Part shown: positions 1 to 8,911 of the stretch, piece after piece
Layout: every line of letters begins with the position of its first letter
How positions within the stretch are numbered: position 1 is the stretch's first letter
Assembly (NCBI GenBank): GCA_041576165.1
Contig: JBFGLM010000001.1
Span: 103,391-127,390, forward strand
Direction: 5' to 3'
Origin: Acidimicrobiia bacterium
GTDB taxonomy: Bacteria > Actinomycetota > Acidimicrobiia > Spongiisociales > Spongiisociaceae
DNA length: 24,000 bases
The notes under the pieces: generated by a model
The model's input: only the letters and a program-made list of their open reading frames with translations
Told to the model about the DNA's origin: nothing
Database searches by the model: none
Program-made: the position numbers and the translations under genes

Positions 1-1
1 A

Positions 2-1261
2 GCCACCAATACCACACCGACACACGCGTACCGGGGGGCCGGCCGCCCCGAAGCTGCGTCGCTGCTGGAGAGAGTCGTCGACATGCTCGCCACCGAGCTG
101 AATATGGACCCTGTCCAGCTGCGACGCGTCAACTTCATATCCAACGACGCGTTCCCGTTCGAGACCGCAACCGGTGAGACCTACGACGTCGGCGACTATG
201 CGGCCGCTCTCGACCGGGCGGTGAAGCTGGCGGGTTACGAGGAGCTTCGCGCCGAGCAGGCGCAGCGCCGGGAACGCGAGGACCGGGTGCAGATTGGCAT
301 CGGGGTGTCGGCGTATGTCGAGATAACGGCACTAGCCCGCGGCGACTGGGGCTCGGTCGTGGTGGATCAAGACGGTGGGATCACCGCGCTCGTCGGCACC
401 AGCGGCCATGGCCAGGGCCACGAAACCGCGTTCGCCCAGATCGTGGCCGAGCTGTTCAAGGTGCCGATCGAGCAAGTCCGGGTGGTGGAAGGCGACACCA
501 AGCTGATAGCTCGCGGCGAAGGAACCGGGGGCTCGCGGTCCCTCCAGATTGGAGGCTCGGTGATCCTGCAGGCCGGAGAGGGCGTGATCGACAAGGCCAA
601 GCGGCTGTTCGCCCACCTCAATGAGGTTGCCACCGAAGACGTTGTCGTGTTCGACAACGGCTCAGTCGGCGTCGCCGGAGTACCAGACTCCGGCATGACG
701 TGGGGTGAGCTGTCGCAGGCGGCCCACGATGCCGACCGGCGCCCCGCCGACATGGAGGCCGGTCTCGAATACGCGACGGAGTTCGAATCGGAGCGAGCCT
801 CATTCCCATTCGGCGTCCACATATGTGTCGTAGAAGTCGACACCGAGACCGGGGATGTACGGGTGCGGCGCCACATCGCCGTGGACGACTGCGGCCGGAT
901 CTTCAACCGGCTGCTCGTGGACGGCCAGGTCCACGGTGGCGTGGCCCAGGGAGTCGGCCAGGCTTTGCTCGAACATGTCCAGTACGACGCCGACGCCAAT
1001 CCCGTCACCGCCAATTTGGTCAGCTATCTGATCCCCGGGGCAACCAACGTGCCGTCAGTCGAGGTGGATCACACCGAGACGCCCACACCGCTCAATCCGC
1101 TCGGCGCGAAGGGGATTGGGGAGTCGGGGACGATCGGGTCGACTCCGGCTGTGCAAAACGCCGTCGTGGACGCGCTGGCCCATCTCGGGGTGCAGCACAT
1201 CGACATGCCGGCCAGCCCCTCCCGGGTGTGGACCACGATCCAGGCCACGCGCCGCACCTGA
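2..1261 (+). CDS. Xanthine dehydrogenase/CoxL-family molybdopterin-binding large subunit; C-terminal part only, 5' end lies outside the window; form-II CoxL-type signature
   Basis: The frame of ORF 83..1261 stays open back to nt 2 (ATNTTPTHAYRGAGRPEAASLLERVVD-MLATEL...), so the gene starts upstream of the window. Contains the AYRGAGR loop, then family-typical stretches GTSGHGQGHETAFAQIVA, GTGGSRS, VDDCGRIFNRLLVDGQVHGG and LGAKGIGESGT. Confidence 0.85.
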   Translation, partial: ATNTTPTHAYRGAGRPEAASLLERVVDMLATELNMDPVQLRRVNFISNDAFPFETATGETYDVGDYAAALDRAVKLAGYEELRAEQAQRREREDRVQIGIGVSAYVEITALARGDWGSVVVDQDGGITALVGTSGHGQGHETAFAQIVAELFKVPIEQVRVVEGDTKLIARGEGTGGSRSLQIGGSVILQAGEGVIDKAKRLFAHLNEVATEDVVVFDNGSVGVAGVPDSGMTWGELSQAAHDADRRPADMEAGLEYATEFESERASFPFGVHICVVEVDTETGDVRVRRHIAVDDCGRIFNRLLVDGQVHGGVAQGVGQALLEHVQYDADANPVTANLVSYLIPGATNVPSVEVDHTETPTPLNPLGAKGIGESGTIGSTPAVQNAVVDALAHLGVQHIDMPASPSRVWTTIQATRRT

Positions 1262-1279
1262 ACACCGTGGGCTCGTGGC

Positions 1280-1966
1280 TCAGAACTCAAGGCCGACGGC
1301 CCCACACAAGAAGCGGGTGAACGGAACCGACCGCCGGCAATAGTCCGTGAAGTCCTCCATGAAGTGATCCGAGGTAACGGTGGATTGCTTCACGCGGGTC
1401 GATGCAATGAAATCCTTCCGCTTCAGATCTTCGATCAGTGGATGATCCGCGTCGAAGCCCTTTGGGGGGCGGGCTAGCGTGTCGCCCCCCAGCTCGAAAA
1501 CGTCGGTGAACCGCTTGGTGCGGGAGGCCTTCCTCCAGCCGTCGGGGTCATCGTCGATCGCATGGCGGATCTGGTAGGCCGCCTTCGTTTCCGGTCGCCA
1601 CAGCCCGACGCCCATGTAGCACTGACCCGGCTGCAGGTGGAGGTAGAAGCCGGGTGCGTGCACGTCCTTGGCGCGCTCGTGTCGGAAATGCATCCCGGTG
1701 TTCGTCTTGTAGGGGGTCTTGTCCTTCGAGAAGCGGGTATCCCGTTGGATCCGAAACAGCGAACCGCCCACGGTTCGAGAATCTGCCACGAAGTGCGGTG
1801 AAATCCTGGCAAGGGGTTTGGCGAAGTCGTTGATGAAGTCGAGCGCGGGCTCTCGAATGTGCGCCTCATAGGCGTCTTGGTTCGCCTTGAACCAGTCTCG
1901 ATCGTTGTTGGCTTCCAGGTCGCGCAGGAAGGCGAACAGCTTTGGCGTGAAGTAACGGGTACCCAT
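1280..1966 (-). CDS. DUF2461 (TIGR02453-like) family protein
   Basis: 228-aa ORF with an ATG start. Family-typical strings FAFLRDLEANNDRDWFKANQDAYE, FRIQRDTRFSKDKTPYKT, PGFYLHLQPG and LKRKDF. Confidence 0.8.
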   Translation of the reverse strand: MGTRYFTPKLFAFLRDLEANNDRDWFKANQDAYEAHIREPALDFINDFAKPLARISPHFVADSRTVGGSLFRIQRDTRFSKDKTPYKTNTGMHFRHERAKDVHAPGFYLHLQPGQCYMGVGLWRPETKAAYQIRHAIDDDPDGWRKASRTKRFTDVFELGGDTLARPPKGFDADHPLIEDLKRKDFIASTRVKQSTVTSDHFMEDFTDYCRRSVPFTRFLCGAVGLEF

Positions 1967-2104
1967 GACTCAACGCTACCGGGCCGGGCGCAGAGCCGGA
2001 AGGGGCCTGTGGGCCGACCCGCCGCGCCCCCTCCTCCGAACCTCTGCCTGTCCCTCAGGCAGCCGGCCGGGGCCCGGAGAATCCCCCCACGGAGGCGTGA
2101 CTGA

Positions 2105-2416
2105 TCAGAGCCAGTCGAGACCGGTCTTGCGCGCAACCGCGTAGGTCACCCCGAACACGGCGGCCACCAGGACCACGGTCGGTATCACCACGAATGTGGT
2201 CGGCGAAGGCCAGAGGGTCCACGTTGCGACTATGGCACCGATCAGAGCGAGCACTGCGACGCCGCCGCCCCATACTGCCAGGCGTCGACTGATGCGCCGC
2301 CGGGTGGAAACACGGTGCGTTCGTGCGACGGCTCGCCGAGCCATCCGCCCGTGCCGGCGTATGACGTAATCCGGGATGGTGTCCGGTACCTGGACGTCAA
2401 ACTTGTCGCCGTTCAT
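2105..2416 (-). CDS. Hypothetical small membrane protein: Arg-rich N-terminus and two predicted TM helices
   Basis: 103-aa ORF. An AAGGGG purine tract lies about 9 nt upstream of the ATG. Hydrophobic segments GGGVAVLALIGAIVATWTLW and FVVIPTVVLVAAVFGVTYAV. No family recognised. Confidence 0.5.
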   Translation of the reverse strand: MNGDKFDVQVPDTIPDYVIRRHGRMARRAVARTHRVSTRRRISRRLAVWGGGVAVLALIGAIVATWTLWPSPTTFVVIPTVVLVAAVFGVTYAVARKTGLDWL

Positions 2417-2536
2417 TCCGTGATCCCCTTACGGTCCTATGGATGCTTCGGCATGGTGCCACTTGTCCTTGAACCGTGCGTTTCGCGAATTCGCACCCGT
2501 GGCAGGTTCCTAGACTGAGGATACGGGGAGGTCGGA

Positions 2537-3832
2537 ATGCATGAGGAAATGCATGAGAAACTGAAGCGGCGCGCGGCAGCAGCCCGCCGGGCGCAACGCA
2601 ACCTGGGCAGCGCCGGCGGAGCGCGCCGCACGGAGGTTCTGGTCCATCTCGCACGGCTGCTCCGAGAGCGGGAGTCCGAGCTCGTGGGCGCCAACAAGCT
2701 CGACCTTGAAGCAGCCGAAGGCACCGACCTGCCGCAGCCGATCCTCAAACGATTGGCCCTCACCCCCGCCAAGCTCGAGACGCTGCGGGAAGGAATCAGC
2801 CAACTCGTCCAGAGCGAAGATCCCGTCGGCACCACGATCACCAGGCGGGAGCTTGATGACGGCTTGATCCTCCGTCACGTCCGGGCCCCACTGGGGGTGT
2901 TGCTGATCGTCTTCGAAAGCCGGCCGGATGCCGTGATCCAGATCGGGTCACTGGCCCTTCGCGCAGGGGATGCCGTGCTCATGAAAGGTGGGTCCGAAGC
3001 GGCCAACTCAAACCGGGCGCTGACCGGCGTGTTGCGCGAGGCGGTCGCAGCCGCCGACCTTGATCCGGACGTCGTGCAGAACGTCGAGGGACGGGAAGCG
3101 GTCGGCGCCCTGCTCGAAATGGACGAGGACATCGACCTCGTGATCCCTCGCGGCTCCAACGAGCTGGTTCGATCGATACAGGCCCAGTCGCGGATCCCGG
3201 TCCTGGGCCATGCCGACGGCGTCTGCCAGCTGTTCATCGACGTCGCGGCAGACGGCGACAAGGCGGTGCGGATCGCAGTCGATGCCAAGACCGACTACCC
3301 GGCCGTCTGCAATGCGATCGAGAACCTGCTCATCCACCGAGCCTTCCCGCACTTCGATGCCGTGCTCGATGCACTGGAGGCGGCTGGAGTCGAGCTGCGT
3401 GGCGACAAAGCCGTAGTCGCGCGGCGGCCGGGCGTGATGCCCGCAACTGACGAAGACTGGTCGACCGAATACGGCGATCTGGTCTTGTCGGTTGCGATCG
3501 TGGACGGAGTCGAGGACGCCGTCGACTTCATCCATACCTACGGCTCCGCTCACACCGAAGCGATTGTGACCGAAGACCAGGACGCTGCTCACCGGTTTTT
3601 GAACGACGTCGACGCCGCCTCGGTCTTCTGGAATGTTTCGACCAGGTTCGCCGACGGCTTCCGGTACGGGCTGGGCGCCGAGGTCGGTATCGCCACCGGC
3701 CGTATCCACGCTCGCGGACCGGTCGGCGTCGAGGGCTTGTTGACGACCCGATGGCTGCTCGAAGGTGACGGCCACATCGCGTCGGACTACGGGCCCGGCA
3801 AGCGGTCCTTCATCCATCGCGACCTGACCTGA
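2537..3832 (+). CDS. proA: Gamma-glutamyl phosphate reductase (glutamate-5-semialdehyde dehydrogenase)
   Basis: 431 aa. GGAGG at 2527-2531 lies 5 nt before the ATG. ProA-typical sequence throughout: LLIVFESRPDAVIQIGSLALRAGDAVLMKGGSEA, VIPRGSNELV, CNAIENLLIH, YGSAHTEAIVTED, SVFWNVSTRFADGFRYGLGAEVGI. Confidence 0.93.
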   Translation: MHEEMHEKLKRRAAAARRAQRNLGSAGGARRTEVLVHLARLLRERESELVGANKLDLEAAEGTDLPQPILKRLALTPAKLETLREGISQLVQSEDPVGTTITRRELDDGLILRHVRAPLGVLLIVFESRPDAVIQIGSLALRAGDAVLMKGGSEAANSNRALTGVLREAVAAADLDPDVVQNVEGREAVGALLEMDEDIDLVIPRGSNELVRSIQAQSRIPVLGHADGVCQLFIDVAADGDKAVRIAVDAKTDYPAVCNAIENLLIHRAFPHFDAVLDALEAAGVELRGDKAVVARRPGVMPATDEDWSTEYGDLVLSVAIVDGVEDAVDFIHTYGSAHTEAIVTEDQDAAHRFLNDVDAASVFWNVSTRFADGFRYGLGAEVGIATGRIHARGPVGVEGLLTTRWLLEGDGHIASDYGPGKRSFIHRDLT

Positions 3833-3839
3833 TCGTCAC

Positions 3840-4790
3840 GTGGAACTCGACCCATGGCTGTTCGAGCCCGACTCGATAGACCCCGAAACCGCTGCGTTCA
3901 ACGAAAACCTGCGGGTTGTGTCACGGGATGCGCCCAACATCACGACGGTGACGCCCGAGCAACTGAGGGCCGCCCGGGCTCAGGGTGAATCAGTCTTCGG
4001 TCTATTCCAGACGTCCGACCGTGGAGTTGAGCGGACGATCGATGGGCCGGGCGGGCCGGTCACCCTGCGGCAGATCCTCCCGGCGGGCACTCCCCGGGGC
4101 ATGCTGTTGCACCTCCACGGCGGCGGATGGGTGCTGGGCAATGCCTCGGAGCAGGACCTGCGCCACCTGGCCCTGGCCGATCACCACAACGTCGGAGTGG
4201 TTTCTGTCGAATACCGGCTGGCGCCGGAGCACCCCTACCCCGCCGCGCCTGACGACTGTGAAGCGGCCGCGCTGTGGCTGGTTAATCACTGCCAGGAAGA
4301 GTTCGGGACCGACCGGCTCGCGATCGGCGGCGAATCCGCCGGTGCGCATCTGACGGCGGTGACGCTCGTTCGGCTGCGCGACCGGCACGGCTACACGGGC
4401 TTTCGAGCGGCCAATCTCGTCTACGGGGCGTACGACCTTGCCATGACCCCGAGCGCCGCTAACTGGGGGGACGAGGTGCTGGTGCTGTCGACCGAGGTCA
4501 TCGAATGGTTCCGGGAGGCATTCGTCGATCGGGAGCTGACCCGGGACCCAGACGTGTCGCCGCTGTATGCCGATCTGCGCGGACTGCCACCGGCGCTCTT
4601 CACGGTGGGGACTCTCGATCCGCTGCTCGATGATTCACTGTTCATGGCGCAGCGCTGGATCGCAGCCGGTAACCGGGCCGAGCTCGCCGTGTATCCCGGC
4701 GGGGTGCATGCCTTCGACTACTTCCCGGATCTCGCCTTGGCCCAGGCCGCAATCGGCCGGATCAATCAGTTCCTCGCAGAGGCGATCTGA
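3840..4790 (+). CDS. Alpha/beta hydrolase, family IV (hormone-sensitive-lipase-like) esterase/lipase
   Basis: 316 aa. GTG start 8 nt after the proA stop. HGGGW oxyanion-hole motif (LLHLHGGGWVLG), GESAGA nucleophile elbow, and C-terminal DPLLDDS and GGVHAF consistent with the Asp/His of the triad. Confidence 0.85.
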   Translation: MELDPWLFEPDSIDPETAAFNENLRVVSRDAPNITTVTPEQLRAARAQGESVFGLFQTSDRGVERTIDGPGGPVTLRQILPAGTPRGMLLHLHGGGWVLGNASEQDLRHLALADHHNVGVVSVEYRLAPEHPYPAAPDDCEAAALWLVNHCQEEFGTDRLAIGGESAGAHLTAVTLVRLRDRHGYTGFRAANLVYGAYDLAMTPSAANWGDEVLVLSTEVIEWFREAFVDRELTRDPDVSPLYADLRGLPPALFTVGTLDPLLDDSLFMAQRWIAAGNRAELAVYPGGVHAFDYFPDLALAQAAIGRINQFLAEAI

Positions 4791-4802
4791 GGCTCGCCGC
4801 GC

Positions 4803-5255
4803 TCAGCCGTGCAGCCCCGCCAGCACGAAGCGGGACGGGCCATCCAGCACCACCTGGGTTGCCCGGGCGGCGGCGTACAACACAGTGTCGTCATCCGAGC
4901 GGACCTCGGCGGCGGTGAAGATCACCCGCCGGGTGCGGCGGATCACCGACCCATGGGCGATGATCGGGCCGGCCGGGGCGGCGCGGATGAACTCAGCCCG
5001 TAGGTCGCCGGTCAAGAACTCCGGGGGATCGGCCAACCCGTACACACACCAGGCCATGGCCGAGTCGGCCAGCATCGTGATCATGCCGCCGTGTACGACC
5101 GGGCCGTTGGCCGTGGGAATCGTGTAGCCACCGGTATCGGACCAGGAGATCGTGGCGCTGCCGTCCGAGCGGACGTCGATCCAATCGAATCCAACCGTGC
5201 TGGCCGCCGCCACATCGAACTCGCTGACGCGCACTATCCGGATATCACTCTGCAC
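4803..5255 (-). CDS. PaaI-family hotdog-fold thioesterase
   Basis: 150 aa. GTG start preceded by GAGGGAG. Typical core NGPVVHGGMITMLADSAMAW ... GDLRAEFIRAA ... GSVIRRTRRVIFTAAEV. Confidence 0.8.
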   Translation of the reverse strand: MQSDIRIVRVSEFDVAAASTVGFDWIDVRSDGSATISWSDTGGYTIPTANGPVVHGGMITMLADSAMAWCVYGLADPPEFLTGDLRAEFIRAAPAGPIIAHGSVIRRTRRVIFTAAEVRSDDDTVLYAAARATQVVLDGPSRFVLAGLHG

Positions 5256-5322
5256 CCTTCAACTCCCTCTACACCCGCGATGATCGCTTCACGTGCGGGC
5301 TCCCGCCAACTCCCGGTTGCCG

Positions 5323-5712
5323 TCATCGAGCACCCGGTCGTAACGCCGTGACTTCGATTTCGACTTTGATCCTCGGATCGGCCAGTCCAGCTTCGATCAT
5401 CGTCGCGGCCGGGCGGGCCGCGCCGAAGTAGTCGCGGAGCAGCGGCCAGCACTTCGGGAAGTCGGCGGCGTTGACCAGGTAGTAACGGACGCGCACTATG
5501 TCGGAAGCCGAGCTCCCGGCCTCTCGCAGCGCCCCGTCGATGTTCGCCAGCGCCTTGCGGGTCTGTTCGATGATGTCATCGCTGATCGTCATGGACGGGT
5601 AGTCGAATCCGGTGGTTCCTGAAACGAACACCCAGCGGCCGTCAACCACGGCCCGTGAATAGCCCACCTGCTCCTCGAACGTGCTTCCCTGACTGATGTA
5701 GGCGCGACCCAT
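5323..5712 (-). CDS. RidA/YjgF-family reactive-intermediate deaminase-like protein
   Basis: Start re-set from 5769 to the internal ATG at 5712, because AGGAG lies 6 nt upstream of it. 129 aa, MGRAYISQGSTFEEQVGYSRAVVDGRWVFVSGTTG ... VRVRYYL ... IEVTA, typical of the RidA family. Confidence 0.85.
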   Translation of the reverse strand: MGRAYISQGSTFEEQVGYSRAVVDGRWVFVSGTTGFDYPSMTISDDIIEQTRKALANIDGALREAGSSASDIVRVRYYLVNAADFPKCWPLLRDYFGAARPAATMIEAGLADPRIKVEIEVTALRPGAR

Positions 5713-5795
5713 CGCAGCTCCTGGTTGGGGGGTGGGACGGTACACCGACCGCCGCCCTGCCGGGACCAACCGACCAGGGTGGAGTGTCAGCGGCC

Positions 5796-6104
5796 TCAGA
5801 CCACGAATCGGGCGGCTTCGTCCAGCAGGACACGCCAGCGAGGGGCATCAGGCGCGGGTACCTGCACCCATTCTCGAAAAGCCCTCCCGGCCGGGGCGAA
5901 CGGCCGCCCGATACCCTCGGCCACCAACTCGTCGACCCGCGCAGCCGGGAGCTTCACGATCAGGCCTCCCCCTCCGTGATCCGGCATCGCGAAGAACTCT
6001 CCGTTGATTCGCAGGCAGGGCGTCCCCATCATGGTTCCCTCCTCCACGCCGCCGCGCCCCACCAGGTCAGCGGCGAGTTCCCAGAAGAGCTCCATGGGAT
6101 CCAT
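5796..6104 (-). CDS. Small TfoX-N-terminal-domain-like protein (tentative family call)
   Basis: Only the last ~102-106 aa of ORF 5796..6539 are plausible; the rest overlaps the MaoC gene out of frame. GGAGG lies 5 nt before the ATG at 6104; an alternative ATG is at 6116. The sequence MGTPCLRINGEFFAM...LIVKLPAARVDELV resembles the TfoX_N pattern, recalled from memory. Confidence 0.5.
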   Translation of the reverse strand: MDPMELFWELAADLVGRGGVEEGTMMGTPCLRINGEFFAMPDHGGGGLIVKLPAARVDELVAEGIGRPFAPAGRAFREWVQVPAPDAPRWRVLLDEAARFVV

Positions 6105-6154
6105 GTTGACCTCCATCTGGACCACCGACGTCGCATCCCGGCGGGATTCGACGT

Positions 6155-6601
6155 CTAGAAGTAATACCGGGTCAGCGTCTCGGCCACCGCAGCCGGTCTG
6201 GGCGAGCCTTCCAGTTCGATGGTCACCTCTGCTTTGACCTGAATGCCGTCGTCGGTGTCCTTGACGTCCCGCAGGACCGAGCGAGCTCGGATGCGGGAAC
6301 CCGCTGGAACCGGCGAGATGAACCGCACGCGGTCGAGGCCGTAATTGATGCTCATCTTGGCTTGGGGAAGGCTCAGCCGGGGCGCCAGCGACGCCAGCAT
6401 CGAAAGCGTCAGGAATCCGTGGGCGATGGTCGTTCCGAACGGCCCATCCGCCGCTCGTTCCCGGTCGACGTGAATCCATTGATGGTCCTCGGTGGCGTCG
6501 GCGAACTGATCGATCCGTTCCTGGCTCATGACGAACCATTTCCCGACGCCGATCTCGTCGCCGACCCGTGCCTGCAGGGCTTGCTGTTCAGACGCATCCA
6601 T
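6155..6601 (-). CDS. MaoC-family (R-specific enoyl-CoA hydratase-like) dehydratase
   Basis: The hotdog dehydratase pattern (FADATEDHQWIHVDRERAADGPFGTTIAHGFLTLS) is present. I prefer the ATG at 6601 (148 aa). The TTG at 6643 is an alternative start. Confidence 0.85.
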   Translation of the reverse strand: MDASEQQALQARVGDEIGVGKWFVMSQERIDQFADATEDHQWIHVDRERAADGPFGTTIAHGFLTLSMLASLAPRLSLPQAKMSINYGLDRVRFISPVPAGSRIRARSVLRDVKDTDDGIQVKAEVTIELEGSPRPAAVAETLTRYYF

Positions 6602-6702
6602 GCCGGGGAGGGTACCGAAGTCGGACGCCGTCCACCCACACAAGCTCTCGCCCCGTGCGGCCCGCTATGCATCCCTGACCCACCCCGAGAGCGAATCCGG
6701 GG

Positions 6703-8100
6703 GTGTTCCCGATGGGGTCAGGGGCTGTGATCGCCGACGCTGGAGGCATGCCAACTGTGACTGCATCAATCCGCCGGGCCCAGCGTCTCGCCGAGGCGAC
6801 TCCGGCTTCTCGCAACCGCTACGTCGACTTCCTTCGCGCCGTCTCCATCGTCGCCGTCGTCATCGGCCACTGGCTGATCGCAGCTCCTTACGCGGCCGGC
6901 GGCGAGCTGCGGGGCGTCAACATGCTGGCGCACACCCCGTGGACCCAGTGGCTGACGTGGATCTTCCAGGTCATGCCGGTGTTCTTCGCCGTCGGCGGCT
7001 ACGCCAACGCCGCATCATGGAACGCGTCCCGCCGCGCAGGCCACAGCTACGGCACGTGGCTCGCCGCCCGGCTGCGCCGGCTGACGATCCCCCTGCTGCC
7101 GCTGCTGGCCGTGTGGGCAGTGATCGGCATCGGTGGCGCCGCGTTGGGAATCGATGAGGATCTGATGCGCCTCGGGTCCCAGTCGGCCCTGATCCCCGTT
7201 TGGTTCCTGGCGGTCTACGTGGTCATCGTGGCAATGAGCCCGTGGCTGATCGAGGCCTGGGACCGGTACGCGTGGAGATCGTTCCTGGCCCCGGCCGGGG
7301 CGACGTTCATCGTCGACCGTGCGGTGGCGGGGGGATTGGAACTTCTCGGCTGGGTCAACTTCATCCTGGTGTGGTCGGCAATCCATCAGCTCGGGGTGGC
7401 GTGGCGACGCGGCGCGTTGCCCGCGGCCCCGGCGCGAATCGTGGCAGTGGGTTCGGCCCTCATCGCTGCGTTGTTGGTGACGATTGGCCCCTACCCGGTG
7501 GCGATGGTTGGGGTCCCCGGAGCAGAGGCCTCCAACAACGCTCCCCCCACGCTGGCGCTGATCGTCTTCGGCACCATGCAGATGGCCGCGCTGCTCGCAG
7601 TGGAGCCGGCCGCGCAGCGGATGCTGCAGCGCCCCGCCGCGTGGACGGGCACGATTCTGGTCAATGGGTGGATCATGACGTTGTACCTGTGGCATCTGAC
7701 CGCCATGGTGCTGGCAATCGGTGCCATGCTGCTCGTCGGTGGAATCGGATTGGGTATCGAGCCGTCCTCAGTCGGATGGTGGCTGACCCGACCGTTGTGG
7801 GTCGTCGGCCTGCTGGCGGTGACGCTTCCCTTCCTGGTCCTGTTCGGCCGCTTCGAACGACCCCGGCCGGCCCCGGAGGCGTCACCGCATCCGCTGGTGG
7901 CGCTCGGGGCGGTGGCCGCCGTGAGCGCCGGGCTCGGCCTGCTGGCGGCCCAAGGCGTGCAGGGATCGTTCTTCGGGGTCCGGCTCGAGGCGCTGGCGCT
8001 GCCAGCGGGGGCAGTGCTCGGATTGATCTGGGCCGGTCGGACGAGACGGGCATCCGAGGATGCGTCCACGTCCTCCGAGCGGGCGGCCGCCCACGGCTAA
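6703..8100 (+). CDS. Acyltransferase family 3 integral membrane protein (OafA/NolL-like)
   Basis: 465-aa ORF with roughly 10 hydrophobic helices. N-terminal family signature RNRYVDFLRAVSIVAVVIGHWL. The start is uncertain: GTG 6703, ATG 6712 or ATG 6748. Confidence 0.8.
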   Translation: MFPMGSGAVIADAGGMPTVTASIRRAQRLAEATPASRNRYVDFLRAVSIVAVVIGHWLIAAPYAAGGELRGVNMLAHTPWTQWLTWIFQVMPVFFAVGGYANAASWNASRRAGHSYGTWLAARLRRLTIPLLPLLAVWAVIGIGGAALGIDEDLMRLGSQSALIPVWFLAVYVVIVAMSPWLIEAWDRYAWRSFLAPAGATFIVDRAVAGGLELLGWVNFILVWSAIHQLGVAWRRGALPAAPARIVAVGSALIAALLVTIGPYPVAMVGVPGAEASNNAPPTLALIVFGTMQMAALLAVEPAAQRMLQRPAAWTGTILVNGWIMTLYLWHLTAMVLAIGAMLLVGGIGLGIEPSSVGWWLTRPLWVVGLLAVTLPFLVLFGRFERPRPAPEASPHPLVALGAVAAVSAGLGLLAAQGVQGSFFGVRLEALALPAGAVLGLIWAGRTRRASEDASTSSERAAAHG

Positions 8101-8822
8101 CCGGCCGAGTCGGTGAGCGCCACTCGGATTCGCCGGAAGCCCTTGCCTTTCGACTCGACCTTGGTGATGGCGACCCCTCCCACCTCAGCGGTCGTCTCGA
8201 CGTGGGTGCCACCGTCGGCCTGCCGGTCGAGGCCCACGATGTCGATCACCCGGACCTGGGTGAGCGTAGGCGGTAGCAGGTTCACCTTGGTTCGGATCAG
8301 GCTGGGATCTAGGTCGGCCTCCTCCCGGGGGAGGAACGACACCTCGACCGGGAGCTCCCGGGCGATCGCCTCGTTGAGCGCCTCCTCGAGCGGATCGCGG
8401 TCTTCCGGGTCCCAATCGGGTATCTCGAAATCGAGCCGGCCGTGGCCCGGCTCCATATTCCCGCCGGTCACCGGGCTCTGAAACCGCTCCCAGACGACGC
8501 CGCACAGGGCGTGGAGGCTGGTGTGGGTGCGCATCAGACGGTACCGCCGTTCCCAGTCGATCTCACCCCGCAGTGACGTGCCGGTGGCCGGCAGCGACCC
8601 TTCGACCCAGTGCCAGACGCCGTCCCGGTCCTGAGTGACTCGGGTCACGACCAGTTCGTCGTCCCCGATCCAGAGCGAACCGATGTCGTGCGGCTGGCCG
8701 CCTCCGCCGGGATAGAAGACCGTCCGGTCGAGCAGTATGCGGCCGTCGTCCACGTCGCTGCCCACCACGCTGGCATCCATCGTCGCCGCATAGGCGTCGG
8801 TCGAGTAGATCCGCTCAGTCAT
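8097..8822 (-). CDS. alaX: AlaX-type alanyl-tRNA editing protein (mis-acylated tRNA-Ala hydrolase)
   Basis: 241 aa. N-terminal TVFYPGGGGQPHD, the HxxxH zinc motif (RTHTSLHALCG) and the C-terminal DGGTHV motif typical of the AlaRS editing / threonyl-alanyl SAD domain. Confidence 0.85.
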   Translation of the reverse strand: MTERIYSTDAYAATMDASVVGSDVDDGRILLDRTVFYPGGGGQPHDIGSLWIGDDELVVTRVTQDRDGVWHWVEGSLPATGTSLRGEIDWERRYRLMRTHTSLHALCGVVWERFQSPVTGGNMEPGHGRLDFEIPDWDPEDRDPLEEALNEAIARELPVEVSFLPREEADLDPSLIRTKVNLLPPTLTQVRVIDIVGLDRQADGGTHVETTAEVGGVAITKVESKGKGFRRIRVALTDSAG

Positions 8823-8911
8823 GCCGCAACGCTAGCGGGCCCCGCCGGCACGACCCACTGCGCCCGCCGCAACCGGTCGTACGAGCGGGGCCGGCCCCTA
8901 TCCTCAACGCC

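Noticed and set aside
2044-2062. Hairpin CTGCCTG-TCCCT-CAGGCAG, 43 nt downstream of the small membrane protein gene
   Set aside because: It is a perfect 7-bp stem, but no U-tract follows on either strand. I do not call it an intrinsic terminator.
6117-6539. N-terminal part of ORF 5796..6539
   Set aside because: It overlaps the MaoC dehydratase gene out of frame and has Arg/Gly/Pro-rich composition. An SD-supported ATG at 6104 gives a compact ~102-aa protein.
7015-8276. ORFs 7015..7695 (-), 7200..8276 (+), 7491..8069 (-) and 7673..8212 (-)
   Set aside because: All overlap the acyltransferase and alaX genes in alternative frames and have extreme Arg/Pro/Gly content. They are shadow ORFs.
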